NCBI GenBank assembly: GCA_045863395.1
Contig: BTVJ01000024.1
Location: 1 to 64,000, forward strand
DNA length: 64,000 nt
Source of the DNA: Myxococcales bacterium
GTDB taxonomy: Bacteria > Myxococcota_A > UBA9042 > JABWCM01 > BTVJ01
Direction: 5' to 3'
Part shown: in pieces, positions 44,188-57,319 of the stretch
Position numbering within the stretch: the first letter of the stretch is position 1
How the letters are laid out: the number at the start of each line of letters is the position of its first letter
Notes under the pieces: generated by a model
Databases searched by the model: none
Told to the model about the DNA's origin: nothing
What the model saw: only the letters and a program-made list of their open reading frames with translations
Translations under genes and position numbers: made by a program

Positions 44188-45704
44188 GGACGCTGATCGC
44201 AATCCTGCTCTGCGTGGCGGGCCAGGCGCAGGCGGGGCCCGTGTGCGAGACGGTGGCGTGGCCCGTCTACGGCGAGGCCCATTCGCCCGATCACATCTAC
44301 CGCGCGACGGCCGGTGGCCTGGAGGTCACAGAGAGAGACTCCGGTACGTCCCGCCTCCTGACCACCTGCGACGGCCTGCCGTCCACCCATGTCCTCGCCG
44401 TGACCGCCTACGGGGACGGGGCGGTCCTTGCCGTGCGCGGCGGGGGTCTGTGGCGGCTCTCCCCGGGCGGGCAGGTCACCCCTGTCGGGCCCTCGGAGCC
44501 CCTGCGCTGGGCGACGGCCGTCACCTCTCTGGGCGATGACCTGGTGGTCGGCACCGTATCGGACGGGGTGGTGCGCCTCGTGCCGGACGGCGCCGGTTGG
44601 CGTCTCACGCGCCCCTGGCCCAAGTGGTCGAAGGGCCGCACGACCGCCCTGCTCGCAAGCGAGGACGGCCTCTGGGTCGGGCGGGACCAACAGGGGCTCT
44701 GGACCCTCGACGCGCGAGGCCGGGAGCGGCGCGTGCTCCGCGGCAGCGTCCAGGGTCTCAGCAAGACGCCCGAAGGTCTGCTGGTCGACCGGGGCATCGA
44801 GGTCTGCGTGGCGCGAGGCAACCGCTGCACGGCGTCCGAGGCTCCAGTCTCGGTAGCGCCCCCGGCCGGCCAACTCCCGTCCAATCACGTCACCTCCCTC
44901 GCCGTCTACCCGGGTCCAGAAGGGGCCCCGGCCCTCTGGGCGGGCACCTTCGACCAGGGCGTAGTGGTCCGCGTCGGTGAGCGCTGGGAGCGCCCCGACG
45001 TCGTCGGGGAGGCCCCGCGCTTCGTCAACCAGGTAGTGGCCGCCCCGGACGCGCTCTGGGTCGCCACCTCCACCGGCGCCTACCGGCTCCAGGACGGTCG
45101 CTGGACGCGCTATGGCGAGCCGGCGGGGCTGCTGACGGACCGGGTGAACGGGCTCTCCGTCGACGACGGCCGGGTCTGGTTCGCCACGAGCCAGGGCCTC
45201 TCCGTGTGGGGCGAGCGCGGAATCTCGACGGTGACCCAGAGGGACGGGCTCCCGCACCGCATCGTCCACGCAATCACGAGCTGGGACGGGGCGGTCTACG
45301 CAGGGACGTCCGACGGCCTCGCCGTGATCCGGGACGGGCAGGTCACGGTGCTGAGGACAGAGGCCGGCGCGATCTCGGCCAACTGGATCACCGCTCTGCT
45401 GGCGACGCCGGACGGTGTCTTGAGCGGCACCTACGACCGCGGGGTCGACCACCTCACGGGGCCCCGCCCCACGCCACTCGAAGGGCTCGGTCCCGTGTGG
45501 GTGAACCCCCACGGTGTCTGGCAGGATCCGGCGGATGGCACGCTCTACGTGGCGACCCTCGGCGAGGGCCTGTGGCACGGAGAGGGAGCCGCCTGGTCGC
45601 GCGTGCAGGCGCCGCTACCGTCCAACGACGTCACGGCCGTAGCGCGCCTCGATGGGCTGTGGGTGGCGACGCGGGAGGGCTTGCTCCACCTGTCGGAGCT
45701 GTGA
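44184..45704 (+). CDS. Secreted double beta-propeller (two-component-regulator propeller repeats)
   Basis: GLPSxxV / LWVAT repeats, signal peptide, ATGA coupling to the VIT-vWA gene. Confidence 0.8.
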   Translation: MRTLIAILLCVAGQAQAGPVCETVAWPVYGEAHSPDHIYRATAGGLEVTERDSGTSRLLTTCDGLPSTHVLAVTAYGDGAVLAVRGGGLWRLSPGGQVTPVGPSEPLRWATAVTSLGDDLVVGTVSDGVVRLVPDGAGWRLTRPWPKWSKGRTTALLASEDGLWVGRDQQGLWTLDARGRERRVLRGSVQGLSKTPEGLLVDRGIEVCVARGNRCTASEAPVSVAPPAGQLPSNHVTSLAVYPGPEGAPALWAGTFDQGVVVRVGERWERPDVVGEAPRFVNQVVAAPDALWVATSTGAYRLQDGRWTRYGEPAGLLTDRVNGLSVDDGRVWFATSQGLSVWGERGISTVTQRDGLPHRIVHAITSWDGAVYAGTSDGLAVIRDGQVTVLRTEAGAISANWITALLATPDGVLSGTYDRGVDHLTGPRPTPLEGLGPVWVNPHGVWQDPADGTLYVATLGEGLWHGEGAAWSRVQAPLPSNDVTAVARLDGLWVATREGLLHLSEL

Positions 45705-45714
45705 TCCTGAGCCG

Positions 45715-47883
45715 CTACTCCGGGTCACAGGCCCCGTCGCAGGTCATGGTGACCACCCCGGTCTGCAGGAACTCCACCGCCATCTGGATCACCGGCATGT
45801 TCTCGAAGGGCTTGCCGTGGGGATCCGAGCCCTCTCGCATCGGCTGGTTGATGGTTGGGACGGGGGGGAGCCCGTAGTCCAGATCCACGAAGGCGGACCC
45901 AACGACGGGCGACGCCGCCCCGTCCAGCCCCCAGAGCGTCCGGTTCCCGGGCTGGATGTGGGGCACCCCGATGGCCCGCGCCATGACCTCGGAGCTCAGG
46001 TTCGGCACCTGGTGGTCGCCGATGGCCTCGATGAGCAGCACCTCGTGCGGCGGGGTCCCGGGCAGCGGGTCGCTCACGATGGAGTCGGAGTAGCCCGTCG
46101 GCTCGGCGCGGTCCCAGAGCATCTGCGCGACGCCCAGCAGGAGCTGGGTGTCGAGCGGCTGGAACACCCCCTTGATGATCGCCCAGAACGGGTCGAAGTG
46201 GACGCTCCTCGGCAGCATGAGACAGTACGGCTGGCCCGGGACCGCGAGGACCCCTCGCTGCACCTCCTGCGTCAACGCCATGTAGGAGGCGCCGTAGATG
46301 CCCCCCTGGCTGCCGCCGACGTAGCTGGGTCCCTCGACCGTCCACGCCGCGTGCCCCCCCACCTCGAACGTCGGGTCGTCCACCATGGTGGTCCGCATCG
46401 TCCTCATGAGGATGAGCATGTTCAAGAAGCCCTGGCGGCTCCGGTCGGGCACGGTGCGGAACTCGAGGACGTCCCCGCCTGCGATGGCCGCCGCGATGGC
46501 CGGCGGGTCCTCGTGGGACATGCCGATCCAGTCCGTGGCGAACACCACGTAGCCGTAGGCGTCGGCGAGGAGCTGCATCTCCGTCGCGAGGGCCGCATCA
46601 CGGCTCCCGAACAGCCCATGGCCGAACTGGATCAGCGGGCGCGGCTCCTCGACGGCGCTGTTCGGGATCATGACGACGAAGGGGTAGTCCGCCGTGCCGT
46701 TCTGGACGGGCATGCCGTCGCCATCGACGACCATCTTCCCCCCCGGGCCCGGCGCGTCCAGGTACAGGGGGACCGTGATGCGACCGCGCACGAGCCGCGC
46801 CACGTGGGGGCTCCAGTCGTCCTCCACCGAGTCGATCACATAGGGCGCGCCCCCGTCGCCCAGCGCGGCCAGGGAGTCGTCCCGCATTGTCAGCATGGCC
46901 GCCGTGTTGTTCTCGCGGCTCGCCGTCGTGAAGTCCCAGGCGAGCTGCAGGTCCTCGCGGGGAACGCCCGCCGCCTCCAGGCGCGCGAAGATGTCCTCGT
47001 ACCACTCTGCGCGGCGCTCGACCGACACGTCCTCCGAGGCGAGCCCGTCCCGCAGCGCCTTGAAGGTCGCCGAGGGCGGCAGCGGGGCGCCGTCGGCCCC
47101 CTCCACTCCCCGGATCGCCGCGATGTAGCGCGTCCCGTCCCGCAGGCGCTCGACCGGGCGTAGCATGAACGTGCGCCCGTCGTCGGCGTCCGGCCAGGTG
47201 TCCAGCTCGGCGAAGTGCGCGATGCGCCGCCCCGTCTCCACCTCCAGAATGACCGTCGGCGAGGCCGGGTCCAGCGAGTCCTCCGGGTGCCAGGGCGTCG
47301 CCAGGCCTGCCACCGTCGCTCCGGGCAGGTGCGCGAGCAGCGTGGCGCCCGGCGAGAAGCCGTCGCTGTACGAGAGCCACGTCGGGTCGGTGACCAGGAG
47401 GCCGCCAGCGAGGGTCAGCGTCGTCGGCCCGAGCTGGACCCGGCGCCCGGTCGCCGTCGTCGGGTCCTCCACGGACCACACATCCGAGGGGAAGGGGAAG
47501 GAGCAGACCGTGGGCACCAGCGGATCGCAGTCGCCACCGAGCCACCAGCCTGGACCGTCCTGGGGCGGCTCCTCACCATCTGGGGCGTCCTGGCCGCCGC
47601 TGTCGCCGTCTGCTGGCCCAGCAGCGTCGCCGGTGTCTCCTGGTGCGTCGCCGGAATCCCCTGCTGCGTCGCTGACCGTCCCTGCGTCGTCGCTCGCGTC
47701 TCCCCCGCCATCGGTCCCGCCCACGTCAGGGTCGCCGGCTGCGTCCGCCGCGTCTCCGGCCACCCCGGCGTCCGCGTCCGCGCTGCCCCCAGAAGCGTCA
47801 CCCGCCCCGCCCGCGTCGTCTCCGCACGCCACCACCATCGCCGCGACGACTGCCGCCAGCACTCGAAGCCCACGAGCCACCAT
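45715..47883 (-). CDS. Lipoprotein with alpha/beta-hydrolase (extracellular lipase-like) domain
   Basis: VVAC lipobox, PFPSD, DGFSP, FGHGLFG, GGSQGG elbow, GDHQVPN, DPH. Confidence 0.72.
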   Translation of the reverse strand: MVARGLRVLAAVVAAMVVACGDDAGGAGDASGGSADADAGVAGDAADAAGDPDVGGTDGGGDASDDAGTVSDAAGDSGDAPGDTGDAAGPADGDSGGQDAPDGEEPPQDGPGWWLGGDCDPLVPTVCSFPFPSDVWSVEDPTTATGRRVQLGPTTLTLAGGLLVTDPTWLSYSDGFSPGATLLAHLPGATVAGLATPWHPEDSLDPASPTVILEVETGRRIAHFAELDTWPDADDGRTFMLRPVERLRDGTRYIAAIRGVEGADGAPLPPSATFKALRDGLASEDVSVERRAEWYEDIFARLEAAGVPREDLQLAWDFTTASRENNTAAMLTMRDDSLAALGDGGAPYVIDSVEDDWSPHVARLVRGRITVPLYLDAPGPGGKMVVDGDGMPVQNGTADYPFVVMIPNSAVEEPRPLIQFGHGLFGSRDAALATEMQLLADAYGYVVFATDWIGMSHEDPPAIAAAIAGGDVLEFRTVPDRSRQGFLNMLILMRTMRTTMVDDPTFEVGGHAAWTVEGPSYVGGSQGGIYGASYMALTQEVQRGVLAVPGQPYCLMLPRSVHFDPFWAIIKGVFQPLDTQLLLGVAQMLWDRAEPTGYSDSIVSDPLPGTPPHEVLLIEAIGDHQVPNLSSEVMARAIGVPHIQPGNRTLWGLDGAASPVVGSAFVDLDYGLPPVPTINQPMREGSDPHGKPFENMPVIQMAVEFLQTGVVTMTCDGACDPE

Positions 47884-47988
47884 GCTCACCTCCCGGTTGT
47901 CGAGCCGGGCGCGAGCATAGCGGACGGGGGTGCTTGCGGAAAGGCGCGTCGGGCCCAGTGCGGTGACAGCGGGGAGGTGGCGTGCTCG

Positions 47989-48402
47989 TCAGGCGATGCT
48001 CAGCAGGTAGGCGACCAGCACGGGCCAGAAGGACTGGAGGCTCCGGTCTTCGCAGAGCTCGATGCCGACGCGCCAGTCCGCCGTCCAGCCCTGTCGCACG
48101 CGGCTGAGGTGCACGGCCTTGCCCTTGAGGGCGTGCCGCCGCCCGCCGAGGTCGATGATGATGCTCACCATGTCCCCGACGGTGACGCGGCCGCCCTCCC
48201 AGAAGCGGAGCCGCAGGGACATGCCTCCGAGGGAGATGTCCTCGAGCGGTCGCTCCGAGATGCGCCACCCGGAGCCACCTGTCAGCTCCGCGGAGCCGGG
48301 TCGCTCCGGTGTCGGCTGGAGTCGTCGATAGCGGCGCTGCCCGGTGTCGTAGAGCACCGCCAGCGCGTCCTCCTGGTGCTTGAATTGGGGTGCAGCGTTC
48401 AT
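47989..48402 (-). CDS. PilZ-domain protein
   Basis: QRRYRR and DISLGG c-di-GMP motifs. Start may be 48414. Confidence 0.72.
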   Translation of the reverse strand: MNAAPQFKHQEDALAVLYDTGQRRYRRLQPTPERPGSAELTGGSGWRISERPLEDISLGGMSLRLRFWEGGRVTVGDMVSIIIDLGGRRHALKGKAVHLSRVRQGWTADWRVGIELCEDRSLQSFWPVLVAYLLSIA

Positions 48403-48460
48403 GGGGGACCCCATCGGAAGGTCTCCGCGGGTCCATGAGCGAATTTTCGGCCCCCCCGGC

Positions 48461-49750
48461 TCAGACCCCTTCGAGGGCCTGCGCCAGGTCCGCAATCACG
48501 TCCTGCGGGTGCTCGACGCCGACGGACAGCCGCACCATGCCGGGCGTGATGCCCAAGGCGGCCTGCTCCTCGGCGGGGACGTCCGCGTGGGTCATGGTCG
48601 CCGGGTGCTCTGCCAGGCTCTCGGTGCCGCCCAGGCTCACCGCCAGCTTGACGAGCTGGAGGCCGTCGAGGAGCCGGAACGCCTCCGCCTCGCCTCCGTG
48701 CAATTCAAAGGAGAAGGTGCTCCCCGGCGAGCGGCACTGGCGCTGGTAGATGGCGTACTCGGGCTGCGACTCCTCCAGGAAGCCCAGGTAGCCCACCTTC
48801 TTCACCTTGGGGTGCTCGGCGAGGAACTCGGCGATGTACCTGGCGTTCTTCATGGAGCTCGTCATGCGCAGCTTGAGCGTCTCCAGCGACCGCATGAGGA
48901 GCCAGCCCGTGTGCGGGTCGCACATGGTGCCGAGGATGGTTCGCATCCCGCGGACCGGAGCGATCAGCGCCTCAGGCCCCAGGCAGGCGCCCGCGATCAC
49001 GTCGCTGTGCCCGCCCACGTACTTCGTCAGCGAGTAGACGACCAGGTCCGCGCCGTGGAGCAGGGGCTGCTGCCACAGGGGTCCGAGGAAGGTGTTGTCC
49101 ACGATGAGCAGCGGCTTGCGGCCGGTCTCGGCGCCGAGCAGGGCGCACGCCTCCGCGCAGGCCGCCAGGTCCACGAGGCCGTTCGTGGGGTTGGCGGGGG
49201 TCTCGACGAAGACGACGCCGACCCGCCCGCGCTCCCGGGCCTCTCGGAGCGCCACGTCGAGGGCTCCCGGGGATGCTCCGGCGAGGAACCCGACGCGCTC
49301 CACCCCGAACTGGGGCAGCACGTTGTGCAGCAGGAACTCCGTGCCCCCATACACCGGGTCGCTGTGCACGACTACGTCGCCTGGCCTCAAGAAGCTGAGC
49401 AGCGTCGTTGAGATGGCCGCCATGCCGCTCGTGAAGACGAGGCCGCTCTCCGCCTCGTCCCACAGGGTCAGGCGGTCCTCCAGGATCTCCAGGTCCGGGT
49501 TGTTGAGGCGCGAGTAGATGAGGCCCGGCTCCTCGTGCGGGCGCTGCTCCCGCAGGCCGTAGGCCAGCTCGAAGAAGGCCTTGGCCTCGCTCGCCGAGCG
49601 GAAGGCGAAGGTGGACGTCTGGAACAGCGGGCACTTGACCGCGCCCTCGGACAGCCGGGGGTCGTAGCCGTAGCTCATCATCAGGGTCTCGGGGCGCAGC
49701 TTCTGACCGCCCACCACCCGATGACGGTAGCCCTTCTCCGGCTTGCTCAT
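48461..49750 (-). CDS. Cys/Met metabolism PLP enzyme (cystathionine gamma-synthase / methionine gamma-lyase family)
   Basis: YSRLNNP, SGMAA, ETPANP, DNTF, SLTKYVGGHSD, SLGGTESL, RLSVGVE. Confidence 0.92.
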   Translation of the reverse strand: MSKPEKGYRHRVVGGQKLRPETLMMSYGYDPRLSEGAVKCPLFQTSTFAFRSASEAKAFFELAYGLREQRPHEEPGLIYSRLNNPDLEILEDRLTLWDEAESGLVFTSGMAAISTTLLSFLRPGDVVVHSDPVYGGTEFLLHNVLPQFGVERVGFLAGASPGALDVALREARERGRVGVVFVETPANPTNGLVDLAACAEACALLGAETGRKPLLIVDNTFLGPLWQQPLLHGADLVVYSLTKYVGGHSDVIAGACLGPEALIAPVRGMRTILGTMCDPHTGWLLMRSLETLKLRMTSSMKNARYIAEFLAEHPKVKKVGYLGFLEESQPEYAIYQRQCRSPGSTFSFELHGGEAEAFRLLDGLQLVKLAVSLGGTESLAEHPATMTHADVPAEEQAALGITPGMVRLSVGVEHPQDVIADLAQALEGV

Positions 49751-50256
49751 CACGGGGCACCCCCGGGCTCGGCGTCGTGGGCGGGTCGCTCGCTGACGAT
49801 GAGGCCGTCCTCGTCGGCGTAGAGCCACGCTCCGGGCGTGAAGCGGACGCCCGCGAAGTGCAGCGGCACTGCGCGCTGCCCCTCCCCGTGCTTCACGCTC
49901 TTCAGCGGGTGGGGGGCCAGCGCCAGGACGCCGAGGGGCAGCGAGCGCAGCGCCGACACGTCGCGCACGCAGCCGTTGATCACGACGCCGGTCCACCCGT
50001 TGTGCGCCGCCAAGGCGCCGAGCTGGTCGCCGAGCAGGGCGCACCGCAGGGAGCCCCCGCCGTCCACCACCAGTACCCGTCCATCCCCCGGCTCCTCCAA
50101 GGCAGCGCGCACGAGCGAGTTGTCCTCGAACGCCTTGACCGTCGCGATGGGGCCCGCGAAGGCCGCGCGGCCGCCAAAGGAGCGCAGCACCGGGTCCGCC
50201 ACCTGCACGCTCCCCGCGCTGGCGTCACACAAGTCGGTCGTCGTCCACGATTCCAT
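49750..50256 (-). CDS. rraA: RraA family protein (HMG aldolase / RNase E regulator)
   Basis: TDLCD, FEDNSLV, VVDGGGS, GCVRD, ADEDG. Confidence 0.92.
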   Translation of the reverse strand: MESWTTTDLCDASAGSVQVADPVLRSFGGRAAFAGPIATVKAFEDNSLVRAALEEPGDGRVLVVDGGGSLRCALLGDQLGALAAHNGWTGVVINGCVRDVSALRSLPLGVLALAPHPLKSVKHGEGQRAVPLHFAGVRFTPGAWLYADEDGLIVSERPAHDAEPGGAP

Positions 50257-50441
50257 CGGGCTCACCTCCTCCCGTTCTTGGGGGGGCGGACCCCAGGGTG
50301 AAGCCAGCGCCCCCGCGGCGCCCGCCACTGTAGCACGAAGGCGGGCGCCGCGGCGCGCTTGACCGCGCGCCCCGTCTCGCGGCACCCTGGCGCTGCAACC
50401 GAGGACCCCCGCACCAGGGCGCAAGAGCTTTCAGGAGTGAG

Positions 50442-51197
50442 ATGACACTCGTCGAGACCGTACAGGCACTGCGCGACAACTACGTACACCTGCTGCATGA
50501 CCCCGCCACGGGCGCCACGGCCGCCATCGACCCGTCGGAGGCGGCGCCGGTGCTCACCGCGCTCGCGGCGAAGGGCTGGACCCTGACCCATGTGCTGTGC
50601 ACGCACCACCACCCGGACCACACGGGCGGCAACGCGGCGCTCCGGGAGGCCACGGGCTGTGAGGTGGTCGGCGCGCGGGCGGACGCCGCCAGGATCCCAG
50701 CGTTGACCGTGGCCGTGGACGACGGGGATCGGGTGCCGGTGGGCAGCGCGAGCGGGAGCGTCCTCACCATCCCGGGGCACACGAGCGGCCACATCGCGTA
50801 CCACTTCGACGAGGGGCTGCTGTTCTGCGGCGACACCCTCTTCTCTCTGGGGTGCGGCCGCCTCTTCGAGGGGACGCCGGAGCAGATGTGGGCGAGCCTC
50901 TGCCGGCTCCGGGCGCTGCCGGGGGAGACGCGGGTCTACTGTGGCCACGAGTACACGCAGTCCAATGCCCGCTTCGCGCTGACCATCGAGCCACAGAACG
51001 AGGCGCTGCTGCGGCGCGTGGCGGAGGTGGAGCGGCTGCGGGCCGACGGGCGCCCCACCGTGCCGTCCGTGCTCGCGGAGGAGCGTGCCGCCAACCCGTT
51101 CCTGCGCGCCGACGAGCCGGGTGTGCGTGCCGTGGTCGGGGGGGACTCCGACGTGCAGGTGTTCGCGGCGCTCCGGCGGCGAAAGGACGTGTTCTGA
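50442..51197 (+). CDS. gloB: Hydroxyacylglutathione hydrolase (glyoxalase II)
   Basis: DNY, THHHPDHTGG, GHTSGH, GDTLFSLGCGRLFEG, CGHEYT, NPFLR. Confidence 0.94.
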   Translation: MTLVETVQALRDNYVHLLHDPATGATAAIDPSEAAPVLTALAAKGWTLTHVLCTHHHPDHTGGNAALREATGCEVVGARADAARIPALTVAVDDGDRVPVGSASGSVLTIPGHTSGHIAYHFDEGLLFCGDTLFSLGCGRLFEGTPEQMWASLCRLRALPGETRVYCGHEYTQSNARFALTIEPQNEALLRRVAEVERLRADGRPTVPSVLAEERAANPFLRADEPGVRAVVGGDSDVQVFAALRRRKDVF

Positions 51198-51297
51198 GGA
51201 GCGCGCGGCTGTTTTCAACCAATGATTGACCAGGGAGCGGACCGGGTCGAGGCGAACCGGACCGTAAGCGGCATGGGCGACCAAGGAGGCGATATCC

Positions 51298-54575
<3,278 letters not shown>

Positions 54576-54646
54576 CTTTGGGGGAGAACCGGAATCGCTC
54601 TGCGGGGCCAGGGCCATGCGAGTCCGTCGGACTCTGCGACCCGCGG

Positions 54647-55153
54647 TCACTCAGCCGCGACACGGTCCGCCGTGGCATCGAGAACGGCGGCGAAGTGTCT
54701 GAGGTCATTGACGGACGCGGCACCCACGGCGGTGTGGCTCCCAGCGACGGCGACGGGCTTCGTGGAGTCCAGCTCGACGACGAAGGCATCACGGAAGAAG
54801 TGGCGAAACCGAAGAAGATCACGGAGCCCCGCCTCTCGTGACGTGTTCATGATCGGCGGTCTGATTCCAGGGACGTCGAGCAAGGCTCCGGACAACAGCT
54901 CGCCGTGCCACTCTGCACCCGATGGCACGAGATCGAAGAAGCGCTCAACCCGTTCGATGACGGCCTCGAACCCGGTGTACCACCGGTGCAGGTCGACGGC
55001 GAGGACTGCTGCCAACGGGCGCTCATCTGGATGGTCGACGAGGGCGACCGCGTCCTTGTCGATTGCTGCGCCGACACGGTCGAGCACGTCCGCGTCTCGA
55101 CGGATCTCCGCTGCCAGCAGCCTCAGCCTTCCCGGTGTCACTCCTCGCTCCAT
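54647..55153 (-). CDS. HepT-like HEPN protein with degenerate motif (RHFFRDAF)
   Basis: LHRWYTGFE...WHGELL...RPPI...LRDLLRFRHFFR; directly downstream of an MNT gene. Confidence 0.78.
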   Translation of the reverse strand: MERGVTPGRLRLLAAEIRRDADVLDRVGAAIDKDAVALVDHPDERPLAAVLAVDLHRWYTGFEAVIERVERFFDLVPSGAEWHGELLSGALLDVPGIRPPIMNTSREAGLRDLLRFRHFFRDAFVVELDSTKPVAVAGSHTAVGAASVNDLRHFAAVLDATADRVAAE

Positions 55154-55497
55154 AGAACGACTCCTTCGTTCACGATGCGGTCCCACAGGTCTGCGTTCAC
55201 CTCCTCCAGCCGAATCAGGTCCACGTGGTCCGTGCCGAGCGCCCGGCAGGCTGCGTCCAGGGCACGCCAGTAGCTCTCCGCAGGAAAGCCGACCGCGGCG
55301 AGGTCTACGTCCGACGCTGCGTGCGCCTGCCCCCAGGCCAGAGAACCGAAGAGGCACACGCGGGAAGCGCCGAACGCCGTGAGGGCATCTGCGGCGCTGC
55401 GACATCGTGTGCGGAGGCCGTCGACACGGCGCTCCTGTTGTGCGCGCCGTTGGCGCTCCATGGTGACAAACTGGGACAGGTAGCGATCCACGTCCAT
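55138..55497 (-). CDS. Minimal nucleotidyltransferase (MNT/MntA-like antitoxin)
   Basis: LFGSLA...SDVDLA...VDLIRLE; overlaps the HEPN gene. Confidence 0.85.
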   Translation of the reverse strand: MDVDRYLSQFVTMERQRRAQQERRVDGLRTRCRSAADALTAFGASRVCLFGSLAWGQAHAASDVDLAAVGFPAESYWRALDAACRALGTDHVDLIRLEEVNADLWDRIVNEGVVLWSEE

Positions 55498-55755
55498 GGG
55501 CCCATCGCAGCCCAAGTTGCCGGGCACCTCAACCGGGCACGAGAGCGGAGCGGCGCCGTGTTCGTCGGGGGGCTACGCGAAGTGGTGCTGCCCGTCGGGA
55601 TGGAGCGGTGATCGGTCAGATCGACGAGCCTGACGTTGTCCAGCTCGTTCGAGGTCTGGAAACAGATACTGACATCGCTGCTGTGGTTGCGCACGGTGTC
55701 TCGTCCACAGGACACCTGTGCCGGGGTCGCTCATGACGAGCTCACGAACAGAGGA

Positions 55756-57189
55756 TCATGGGACAGCGCGAAGCTCATGCTGCGTGGCCAGGTCGCGCGC
55801 CACGAAGTACAGCACGTCTCCCGCGGAGACCGCCTCCCGGACGGCCGAGTCTGCCTCGTCGCGCGCGGAGAACAAGGCCAAAATGGGCTCGCCGCGGCCG
55901 TCGAGCTCGGCGGCGACGCGGGCCGCCCTCGACCGCAGACTCCGTAGATCGTGGTGCGTCACCTCTCCCCACTTGCACTCTGCAACGAGGACGCGCCCGT
56001 CCCCGTCCACGGCGACGACGTCAACCTGATCCCGCGAGTCCGAGTCCCACCACTCTCCGACGCGGAGCGGCCATATCGGGAGGCCCTCGCCCCGACGCAC
56101 GAACTCTCGACATGCCTCCTCGAACACGGGCCCGAGGTGCTCCGACAGTCGAACGGAGACCGACTCATCCCAAAGGCGCCGGGGCTCGACGAGGCCGATG
56201 CTCCCCGCGTGGAGGAGGGGCGCGATCCGCCCGTGCCACAGGGTGATGTAGGGATCCGTGATGCGGTGGAGGGCCCGTTTGGACCGGCGGGGATCCTTGT
56301 CCGTGATGGGGGCCACCCGCTGCACGAGCCCCATCTCCTCCAGCCATCGAAGAGGCCTCTGGAGGGAGCCACCGCTCTGACCGACACGCCTCGCGATCCC
56401 GCTCCAGGTCCGGTCACCTGTCGCGATGGCCTCGAGGATGGAGTAGTGGACGCGCCCGTCCCCGACAAACGCGTCCAGCATGTGCTGAGCGTCGTCGACC
56501 AGGGGGCCGGACGGGTCCAGCAGCGCGGCGGAGGCGTTCTCCGCGACGCTCAGGGCCGGATCGATGAGCGCCAGGTGGCCCGGCAGGTTGCCGAAGAGCC
56601 CGTAGGCCGTGAGCTGGTCGAGGGGGGCGTAGCTGGGCATGAACCCCGTGGCTTCCTGAAAGGCAAAGGGGCCAAGAGCCAGACGCGCAGTCCGGCGACC
56701 ATAGAGGGGCTGGTCCGCGCCCTCGAGGGCCCGCATCGCGCTGACGAACGACCCGCTCAGCACGACCTTCAGCCGGCTGCCGGCCCAGTCGTGATCCCAG
56801 GCGCTCTGGAGGATGGACGGAAGTGCGGGGGTCGCCCCCACCAGATACGGGAGCTCGTCGAGGACCACGAGCAGCGGCTCGCTCCGGGCTCGCTCGGTCA
56901 GGTAGCCGAGGAGCGCCTCCCAGGACGGGAACGGGACGCCCTGCTTGAGCACCCCGTCGTCGAAGCGGTCCCCGACGATGCGGCTCAGGTGCGCGAGCTG
57001 CTCTGGCTCGGTGCGCCGAGTCGCCTGGTAGTACAGACCGCCGACCGCGCGAGCAAAGCGTGCGAGGACGAAGCTCTTTCCAACGCGCCGCCGCCCCAGC
57101 ACAAACACGAGCTGTGGGCGGTCCTTGCGCCACATGGTCTCCAGCGTCCGCCACTCGGCATCCCTGTCGATGATCTCGGCGGGCTTCAT
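55756..57189 (-). CDS. AAA (archaeal-type) ATPase with wHTH and DUF234/PD-(D/E)XK nuclease domain
   Basis: IDRDAE, GRRRVGKS, LDELPYL, PLYGRRT, DPY, QVDVVA...AECKW. Confidence 0.87.
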   Translation of the reverse strand: MKPAEIIDRDAEWRTLETMWRKDRPQLVFVLGRRRVGKSFVLARFARAVGGLYYQATRRTEPEQLAHLSRIVGDRFDDGVLKQGVPFPSWEALLGYLTERARSEPLLVVLDELPYLVGATPALPSILQSAWDHDWAGSRLKVVLSGSFVSAMRALEGADQPLYGRRTARLALGPFAFQEATGFMPSYAPLDQLTAYGLFGNLPGHLALIDPALSVAENASAALLDPSGPLVDDAQHMLDAFVGDGRVHYSILEAIATGDRTWSGIARRVGQSGGSLQRPLRWLEEMGLVQRVAPITDKDPRRSKRALHRITDPYITLWHGRIAPLLHAGSIGLVEPRRLWDESVSVRLSEHLGPVFEEACREFVRRGEGLPIWPLRVGEWWDSDSRDQVDVVAVDGDGRVLVAECKWGEVTHHDLRSLRSRAARVAAELDGRGEPILALFSARDEADSAVREAVSAGDVLYFVARDLATQHELRAVP

Positions 57190-57265
57190 GCGGGACACCT
57201 TCCTTGGACGCTGATGACTCTTCACCCCGTGCCCACCCTCGGTGGGAGCGCCGTCGAAGAGCCAG

Positions 57266-57319
57266 CGGTGGAAGTTCCACCGGTGGAAGTTCCACCGGTG
57301 GGACTTCCACCGGTGGAAG
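57266..57319. repeat. 3.6 x 15-bp palindromic tandem repeat (CGGTGGAAGTTCCAC)
   Basis: Units at 57266, 57281, 57296 (2 mismatches) and 57311 (partial). Confidence 0.9.

Noticed and set aside
57266..57319. CRISPR array
   Set aside because: Repeats are directly adjacent with no spacers, only 15 bp long, and there are no cas genes in the window.
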